Below, one piece after another: positions 16,962 through 24,500 of a stretch of 26,137 nucleotides of DNA. Under the pieces are notes generated by a model. It saw nothing but the letters and a program-made list of their open reading frames with translations, was not told where the DNA came from and searched no databases. The stretch is from Christensenellales bacterium (GTDB taxonomy: Bacteria > Bacillota > Clostridia > Christensenellales > Pumilibacteraceae), in assembly GCA_048167245.1 (NCBI GenBank), contig DBEXQE010000295.1, positions 1-26,137 of the forward strand. The letters run 5' to 3'. The first letter of the stretch is position 1; every line of letters begins with the position of its first letter. A program made the position numbers and the translations under genes.

Positions 16962-17758
16962 CATGTGGGCATGCCGTATCGGAATTTATACGGGGAGATG
17001 CCGAGAGATTTTTTGAAGATGTTGCGGAAGTAGTTGGTGGACGAGAAGCCGCATTTCTGAGCCACGCGGTCGATGGACAGGCGCGTTTTGCGCAGCAGTC
17101 TTTGCGCGTGTTTTAAGCGCACTTTCAGCAGGTAGTCCATGATGGAACAGCACATGACTTTCTTGAATTTTTTGCACAGCGACGCTTTCGAAAGGTAGAA
17201 TTCGTCGCACAACTGAGTCAGCGAGATCTTTCGCTCGTAGTTTTCGTTAAGGTACTGGATTATTTTAAGGACTTCCGACGATTCTTTTCCCTGAACGGTT
17301 TCGCCCTTGGGAACGATCGGAATGTTGTCCTGAGCTTCGAGCAGGGTGAGCGCGATATTCGTCAGCGACGCGGCGAATTCAGTTTGCCCTTTTTGCATTG
17401 TAAGCAGGATATCCGCGCCTTCTGACAGCAGTTTGACGATCATATCGAGATATTTTTCGCCTATCGCGAACGCGGTGGCTTCGTACGCCGCCGTAAGATA
17501 ATCTCTTTGTCCGTCGGTAAGCCTGTCGGGCGAAACGGTAATGTTGATCCTGTCGAACGGTCCGCCTTCGGTCTTGTGCATGGTGTACGGCGGAACGATG
17601 ACGAACGAATTTTTTTCGAGATAAAACATTTTGTTTTCGACGAAAACGGTTCTCGTGCCGCCTATCAGAAAATACAGCTCGTAGTACTCGTGAGAGTGCG
17701 GCTCGGTCATCGAAACGCTGTTTTTTTGCAGCGTTTTATCTATGTAAACAACGCTCAT
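16961..17758 (-). CDS. AraC/XylS-family transcriptional regulator with N-terminal cupin sensor domain
   Basis: Cupin PHSHEYYELYF...PPYTMH and C-terminal double HTH (YLSKASLCKKFKK...IDRVAQKCGFSSTNYFRNIFKKSLGISP). The listed TTG start at 17794 is the -35 box, so ATG 17758 (MSVVY) is preferred. Confidence 0.93.
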   Translation of the reverse strand: MSVVYIDKTLQKNSVSMTEPHSHEYYELYFLIGGTRTVFVENKMFYLEKNSFVIVPPYTMHKTEGGPFDRINITVSPDRLTDGQRDYLTAAYEATAFAIGEKYLDMIVKLLSEGADILLTMQKGQTEFAASLTNIALTLLEAQDNIPIVPKGETVQGKESSEVLKIIQYLNENYERKISLTQLCDEFYLSKASLCKKFKKVMCCSIMDYLLKVRLKHAQRLLRKTRLSIDRVAQKCGFSSTNYFRNIFKKSLGISPYKFRYGMPT

Positions 17759-17764
17759 GATCAC

Positions 17765-17794
17765 ATTATATACCCGCGTCCGAAAATATGTCAA
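17765..17794 (-). promoter_or_regulatory. sigmaA/sigma70 promoter of the AraC gene
   Basis: On the - strand TTGACA (17794-17789), an 18-bp spacer, then TATAAT (17770-17765). Both hexamers are exact consensus. Confidence 0.85.
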
Positions 17795-17831
17795 GCGAAT
17801 AAATAAGTTTACGATGTGTGAATTTTATGCG

Positions 17832-17852
17832 AAAAGTATACTCAAAAGTATA
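17832..17852. promoter_or_regulatory. Direct repeat AAAAGTATA x2, candidate regulator binding site
   Basis: Exact 9-mers at 17832-17840 and 17844-17852, abutting the -35 of the operon 2 promoter. Confidence 0.5.
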
Positions 17853-17881
17853 TTGTAATTATACGATTTGTGCGGTATAAT
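17853..17881 (+). promoter_or_regulatory. sigmaA/sigma70 promoter of operon 2
   Basis: TTGTAA (17853-17858), a 17-bp spacer, then TATAAT (17876-17881). A second TATAAT lies at 17885-17890. Confidence 0.7.
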
Positions 17882-17921
17882 ATGTATAATACAAATCCGA
17901 ATTTATTCAAGGAGTGGAAAA

Positions 17922-19598
17922 ATGAAGAGATTTTCGACGGCGCTCATAAGCATTGTACTCGTATTCTGCGCGACTTTTTCGCTAAGCGCTTGCAACACGA
18001 AACAGACCGACAAGATATCGACCGACCCGAAAGAACTCAACGTAAAGATATACAGCGGCGGCTACGGCACCACGTACATATCGGAACTCGAAAAGAAGTT
18101 CGAAGCGCTTTACGAAGAAGAAGGCTACAAGATCAACATACTGGCTCCGCGTAACGACCTTACGTCGACCAACGTGTATCAGGACATATACAGCGACAGC
18201 GGCGTCGACGTGTATTTCGCAACGGGCACCAACGCGCGCGACGCGGTGGCGGGATCGTACGGCGTTTGTTTTGCGGACGTAACCGAATCCGTCCTTAACG
18301 CAAAGCCCATAAAGTTCGACGGCACGGAAGAAGAAACAACCGTCAAGAGCAAGATAAACACGGAGATAGTTGACGATCTTATCGCGTACGACGGAAAGTA
18401 TTACGCATTGCCGTACGCTACGTCGGCGGGCGGTATCGCCGTCAACAAGAAAATACTCGACGAATACGAGCTGGAACTTCCCAAAACGTCCGACGAGCTT
18501 TTCGGCGCGGCGCGCGTTATAATGGAGCATGCGGCGCAGGATCTGTCGGCGTTCCCGTTCACGTATTCCACAAGCGGCAACTATTATTTTTCGTCGCTGA
18601 TGTTCTACTGGATGATACAGTACGGCGGAAAGGACGAATACGACCGTTTCTGGTCCATGCTCAACGCAGACGGCTCGGAAATGGGGCTCGACGCGTATAA
18701 AGTGTTCGACACCGACAGCGTAAGGGAAATGTTTACCGCGCTTTACGAATTCTACGACTACAACATGGCGGCGCCCGGAAGCACGTCGCAGGATTTTACG
18801 GGAGCGCAAGCTCAGATAATGCGCGGCAAAGCCGTATTTTACAGCGTCGGCGATTTTATGTTCAACGAAGAATACAACCGCTTCCCGAATAACCGCAACG
18901 ACATAACGTTTATCAAAACGCCCGTCATCTCCGCGCTCGGCAGAAAATTATTCGGCTCGGGGGGGGGCAACTCTTATAATTTCTCCGACGAAAAGAGCGA
19001 ACAGCTTCTGCGCGCTATAATCGACGGAGCAGACGAAGGCAAAGAGATCGCGGAAATAAAGACGGCGGTCGATACTGAGTTCTCGGCGAATATTTCCGCG
19101 GACGATATACTCGAAGTATGCAAGGCGCGCGGCTTCTATACGAACAATATGGGCGCTCACGCGTTCATATCCGAAAAGTCGGACAAAAAGGATATCGCGG
19201 CGCTGTTTCTGAGAATGTGCGCAAGCGAGGACGGCGGCGCTCTGTTTGCTCGGGAATCGAGAACGGGCAGTCCGTTCGCACCCGCGGCGGGCGCGGACAG
19301 CGAATACGAATGGGTCCGTTCGGCTCGCGCCATACCCAACGAAAAATACGCCGAACCGTTTACGTTCCGCGTTTCGGGATACAGAGAGAAACTGGGTCTT
19401 ACGGGATATTTCCCGCCGCTCGGCTCTTTCCCGCCGAACAACCTGCTCGAAGACAGAGTAACCGTGTACAACGACACGACTTACGCCGTAGTCAAGGAAA
19501 GATCGGTATACGCCGACGCCGCGAAAACGAAAGTCGATTCTCTCGTCGACGAAGCAAAGAGAAATCTCGAAACCGGCATTTGGAAGCCCGTTGCTTAA
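17922..19598 (+). CDS. ABC transporter (CUT1-type) solute-binding lipoprotein
   Basis: ATG 17922 after AAGGAG. Lipobox LSAC. GGYGTTYI, DGKYYALPY...GIAVNKKIL...LPKTSDEL, AQIMRGKAVF. Followed by two permeases. Confidence 0.9.
   Translation: MKRFSTALISIVLVFCATFSLSACNTKQTDKISTDPKELNVKIYSGGYGTTYISELEKKFEALYEEEGYKINILAPRNDLTSTNVYQDIYSDSGVDVYFATGTNARDAVAGSYGVCFADVTESVLNAKPIKFDGTEEETTVKSKINTEIVDDLIAYDGKYYALPYATSAGGIAVNKKILDEYELELPKTSDELFGAARVIMEHAAQDLSAFPFTYSTSGNYYFSSLMFYWMIQYGGKDEYDRFWSMLNADGSEMGLDAYKVFDTDSVREMFTALYEFYDYNMAAPGSTSQDFTGAQAQIMRGKAVFYSVGDFMFNEEYNRFPNNRNDITFIKTPVISALGRKLFGSGGGNSYNFSDEKSEQLLRAIIDGADEGKEIAEIKTAVDTEFSANISADDILEVCKARGFYTNNMGAHAFISEKSDKKDIAALFLRMCASEDGGALFARESRTGSPFAPAAGADSEYEWVRSARAIPNEKYAEPFTFRVSGYREKLGLTGYFPPLGSFPPNNLLEDRVTVYNDTTYAVVKERSVYADAAKTKVDSLVDEAKRNLETGIWKPVA
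18959..18967 (+). repeat. G9 homopolymer tract within the second SBP gene
   Basis: TCG GGG GGG GGC encoding SGGG. Confidence 0.9.
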
Positions 19599-19616
19599 CG
19601 CAGGGGAGTTTCGCTT

Positions 19617-20594
19617 ATGCAGACGGTAGTAAAACTAAATAAGAAAAGGCGTTTCGGATACTCCGCGCGCGAAAGGAAGAAATTTCCGTTCATTTATATC
19701 ATGCTCATTCTGCCCGTGGCGCAGATAGCGCTGTTCTTTTTCTACGTGAATTTTTCGGCGCTTGCGCTCGCGTTTCAGGATCAGTACGGTAATTGGTCGC
19801 TCGAATCGTTCCAAAGGATATTTCAGGCGTTCGCTACGGGCAAAGACTACGCGACGGGACTTAACTTGCGCGAAATGGTATTAAAGAGCGTAGTTTTGTG
19901 GCTTATCACGAACGGCGCGGGGTTTTTTATTTCGCTTATAACTTCGTTCATACTCACTAAGCACATGATATTCAGCCGCGTGTTTCGTCTTGTGTACTAC
20001 ATACCCGGAATAGTCGGGCTCGTCGTGTTCTCGTCGATAATGAAAAGCATGTACGCTTACGACGGACCCGTTATCGAGATATTCCGCAAGATCGGGATAA
20101 AGTTGCCTACGTTCGCGCAACGCAACGGACTTTTGGGTGCGAGCGAAACGGCGTTCACGACGCTTGCTATTCAGTCGTTCGTTTTCGGCATAGCCGGCGG
20201 ACACATGATAATGGCAAGCTCGTTCATGAAGATACCCGAGGAGATCTACGAGTCGGCGCGGCTCGAAGGTTGCGGACTTTTCCGCGAAGCGTTTCAGATT
20301 GCGATACCTTGCATATGGCCGACCATAACCACGCTGTTGACTTTCGCGCTGTGTTCGTTCTTCACGTTCGATATGGGCTTTTATCTGTACTCGAACGGCA
20401 CGGGCGCGAACGGCATAGTCAACGTGGGCTTTTATCTGTACAGACTGCAAGCGACGATCGCCGAGAACATGCACGCGACGTATCTGTACGGCATGGCTTC
20501 CGCGTTCGGACTCTTGGTAACCTGTTTTACCATTCCCGTGGCTTTGCTCGGGCGTTGGGGACTCAGTAAACTCAACGATTCGGTATCGTTTTAG
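19617..20594 (+). CDS. Carbohydrate ABC transporter permease (MalF/UgpA-like)
   Basis: TM helices, YYIPGIV, EAA loop EIYESARLEGCG...IAIPCIWP. Confidence 0.92.
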   Translation: MQTVVKLNKKRRFGYSARERKKFPFIYIMLILPVAQIALFFFYVNFSALALAFQDQYGNWSLESFQRIFQAFATGKDYATGLNLREMVLKSVVLWLITNGAGFFISLITSFILTKHMIFSRVFRLVYYIPGIVGLVVFSSIMKSMYAYDGPVIEIFRKIGIKLPTFAQRNGLLGASETAFTTLAIQSFVFGIAGGHMIMASSFMKIPEEIYESARLEGCGLFREAFQIAIPCIWPTITTLLTFALCSFFTFDMGFYLYSNGTGANGIVNVGFYLYRLQATIAENMHATYLYGMASAFGLLVTCFTIPVALLGRWGLSKLNDSVSF

Positions 20595-20607
20595 GGGGCT
20601 TGCGGAA

Positions 20608-21498
20608 ATGGAAAACGTACTTAAAAAACAGTTGAAAAAATTCACGCGCACGTCGTGGGGAACGAGAATAATTCTCGTATTGTTCTTTCTTTTCTTCCTT
20701 ACCGAAGCGATATTGCAGTTTTATCCGTTTTTGTGGGTTCTGAACAATTCGCTGAAAAGCACCGAAGAATTCTACGAAAACGCGCTCGCCTTAACCAAGT
20801 CGTGGCAGTTTAAGAACTACATAGACGTGTTCAAAAAGTTTCAGGTGCAGGGCGGGATAGGCTACCTTACGATGCTTTGGAATTCCGTATGGCAGACGGC
20901 GCTTTACCTGTTCGTAAACGTGCTGTCGAGTACGCTCGTGGCGTACACAACGGCTAAGTTCCGCTTCCCGGGGCGCAGGTTCCTTTACGGGCTCATGATC
21001 TTCACGCAGACCATTCCGATCATCGGAACGGGCGCGGCGTCGTACAAACTCCGCTACGCTCTCGGCATGATAAACAATCCCGCTACGATATGGTTTTGTT
21101 GGGCGGTAGGCTTCGACTACGCATGCTTCGTGCTGTACGGGACTTTTCAGGGCATAAGCAATTCGTATTCCGAGTCGGCGGAGATAGACGGCGCGAGCGA
21201 GTGGAAAATACTTATAAAAGTAGTTCTGCCGCAGGCGTTCCCCGTTATCGTAGCTTTGCTCATAACGAATTTCGTTACGCGTTGGAACGACTACACGACG
21301 GCGCAGATATCGTTAAATCACTATCCGAATTTGGCGTACGGACTGTACATTTTCCAAAAGGATTCGCAGTACGATTCGAATTCGCGCGGGCTGTACTTTG
21401 CGGCGCTCGTGTTCACCGCTCTGCCGGGTATCCTGCTGTACGCGTTCTTCCAGAACTTCGTCGTGAAGAACGTATCCGTCGGCGGGATAAAAGGATAA
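20608..21498 (+). CDS. Carbohydrate ABC transporter permease (MalG/UgpE-like)
   Basis: PFLWVLNNSLKS, AYTTAKFRFPGR, EAA loop YSESAEIDGASEW, WNDY and C-terminal GGIKG. Confidence 0.94.
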   Translation: MENVLKKQLKKFTRTSWGTRIILVLFFLFFLTEAILQFYPFLWVLNNSLKSTEEFYENALALTKSWQFKNYIDVFKKFQVQGGIGYLTMLWNSVWQTALYLFVNVLSSTLVAYTTAKFRFPGRRFLYGLMIFTQTIPIIGTGAASYKLRYALGMINNPATIWFCWAVGFDYACFVLYGTFQGISNSYSESAEIDGASEWKILIKVVLPQAFPVIVALLITNFVTRWNDYTTAQISLNHYPNLAYGLYIFQKDSQYDSNSRGLYFAALVFTALPGILLYAFFQNFVVKNVSVGGIKG

Positions 21499-21526
21499 AT
21501 CGAAATATACAATAAGGAGATATAAA

Positions 21527-24500
21527 ATGAAAAAGTCGGGGAAACTTTTAACCGCGTTGTTGCTTTTGCTCGCGCTGTCGCTTTGTATGTTTGCCGCATG
21601 CAACGGCAAGGGCAAAACGGAAGCAAAAGTAACGCTGAAAACTCCGCGCGTTACCGAGTACCGCGTGGGCGACAACGTGGATCTGTACGATTTTATCGAG
21701 TACGACGAAAGTCAGGAGTACTCGTTCAAGGTCGCGAAAAACGGCTCGGAAGCGGAGCCGAAAGAAGTCAAAGGCAGAACGTATTACGCCGCCGAGTCGG
21801 GTAAATATTCCGCCGAGATCACGGCAAAAAGCGGCGAGAAATCGGACTCCGAAACGGTGGAATTCAACGTGTTCGAAGCCGTTCCGTTCGTGCGCGTGTT
21901 AAAGTCCGAATTCGACGTGAATTACATGCGTTCGGTGCCTATGGACTGGCTTATAGGTCAGAGCGCGCCGTATATCAAGGGCAACGACTACGAAAGCTAC
22001 TGCGATTACGTATTCTACTACGAATACGCCGACGCGACGGGCGAGAAGATCGAACTCGAAGAAGCCACCGCCGACGGATTTTTCGACGGCAACGACAGGA
22101 TCAAATTCATAAAAGAAGGAATTTACGTATTCCACCTTATAGTCGAGAACAGCGGCGGACTTTGCGACGGCAGTTTCACCGTAAACGTTTACGAAGACTT
22201 TTCGGCTGTTCCCGATATCGCGGGCGGCGTTATAGAATATGACGAGCAGACCAAGACGGCTACCTGGAACAAGGTGGAGAACGCGACGGACTACCGCATA
22301 AAGATCGACAGAAAGGAAGCTATCGTTTCGGCGAGCGCGGAAAACACGTATTCGCTCGATATCACGCCGTATCTTACGAGCGAGTTCCAACACTTCGATC
22401 TCGTCGTAACGGCGCGCGACGATAAGGCGCAGGCGTTCGGCAAGATAACGAAAGAGATAATCGTTTCGCCCGAAAAGTACGGCAAGCTCGTTCTTTCGAG
22501 CGGGACGAAAATGAACGCCGATACGGGAGTCGCGACTCTCGCGGGCAGATACGCGAATTCGCTCGGGTGGATGGGCGTTCGCGACAGCCTGAGCAATACT
22601 TACGCGGCTTGGAGCGGCGACTACGGCGTGGGCACGTTCGTCGAATTCGAGTTCACGGGCAACAACATGCCTCAGCTGTGCTTCTTCGCCGACAAGATAA
22701 ACGGCGATATAACGCAGGGCTACGACGCAAACCGAAACGAGGGCATACTTCTGCTCGGCGGACTGTACGGTCAGGCGTTCTCGAACGTTTATCAGACTTT
22801 CTGGGGCGACAAGCTGACCGTTTGGGGACCCAACAGAGGCTACATGCACTGCAACAGCGTTATTTGGACGCACTACAAGACGGTTACCGAAGATTACCCG
22901 CTGTTCACGCAGGACGGGCTGACGCGCGCAGGCGACGTAACGTATAAACTCGTTGCGGGAACGTACGCGGACGGCGGCACGATAATGGCGAACTTACAGC
23001 TTTACAACAAGTCGAACGGCAAACTTCTTCACAACGCGCATATTTCCACGGGCGTGAAAACGACGGAACTGAGCGGCGGAAACATAATAGCTTTCTCGAC
23101 GGTAAAGGGCGAAGATAAGCCGACCGAATTCACGGTACTCGGCAAGCCGTACGCGGGTGAACCCAAGTACACTTTGGAAGAAAAAGACGGCGTTTACGCG
23201 TACAATGCAACGTTCAATTCGGACGATACGGTTACCATTCAAAGCCGCCAGCTCGGCGGAGCGGCGTTTATGAGTAATCTGGATTCCGTAAACTTGGGAT
23301 ATATTTCGATAGACGGAAATTACGGCGCAGGAACGTATGTAGACTTTACGTTCAAGGGCAACAACATGCCGTATATAGTTCTGTTTGCCGACAGAGTGAA
23401 CGAAGGCAGAAACGTGCTCAAAGGCGGAAAACTTACTAATACTCTCGGCAGCAAGGGACTTCTTTTGTTCAACGGTCTGGTAACTTCGCGTCATAATGCG
23501 GAAGGCATGCTCGGAACTTCCGACCCCGTTGAAGGCAACAGATTGAACAGTTTTCATGTGTTCGGTCCGAACAGAATGAAATCGGATTATACGAACGCGA
23601 ACGGAAGTAGTCCGAGTATAGAAGACGGCAAGTGGCTTGTAAATATCAGCGGAAACGACTATCCGATGTTCTCTCAGCGCGGACTCGATAACGCGGGCGC
23701 GGATAAAGAATATAAGCTGACCGTCGGCACGTTCCGTAACGGCGACAGTCTGTGGATAGACGTTAGCATTTATGACGGCGCGACCGACGAAGTCATACAT
23801 TCGGTACAGCGCGATCTCGGACTTACGACAGAGCAGATAGAATATCTCGGCACGGGCAGTATAATAGCCATGGCGAATATGAAAGGCTCGAAAGACCTGT
23901 ATTCGACAACGTTCGGCTACTCGAAGCCTTACACAAAAGAAACGATACTTATGAACTCGGGCGCAACGTTCAATCAGGACGGAAGCGTAACGTTGAAAGG
24001 AAAACTTACCGACGCAGTTGCAATAAACGACAATAATAAATCTCAGAACTATATAGCATTTAAGGGCAACTACGGAGTAGGAACTTACGTAGACTTTGCG
24101 TTCAAAGGCAACAATATGCCTAACCTTATGTTCTTTGCAGACAATATTAACGGAAACTTTACGAGTTCCGCCGTATATACAGACACAAATTCGTCGCATT
24201 ATAATCAAGCGGCTCCAAGCGGAAAAGGCTTGTTTATTCTTAACGGAATTTACCACCGCGGCAGTATCGGTAGGGGCGATACCGTACAGGTTTGGGGACT
24301 TGACAGAATGTCGTGTAACGCCGTAGATACCGCATTATCCGATGATGAAGGATACAGACTCATACTCAATGACGCAAATTACGCTCCGTTTACGCAGAAC
24401 GCGCTTTCGGCGGATGCCAATGCGGAATATGAATATATTGCGGGAACTTACGAGAAAGACGAAAAAGTGTACCTGCATCTTAGACTTTATAAAAAGGTCG

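Noticed and set aside
17868..17921. Listed TTG start of the second SBP at 17868
   Set aside because: It lies inside the promoter. ATG 17922 has an SD and yields a proper lipoprotein signal peptide.
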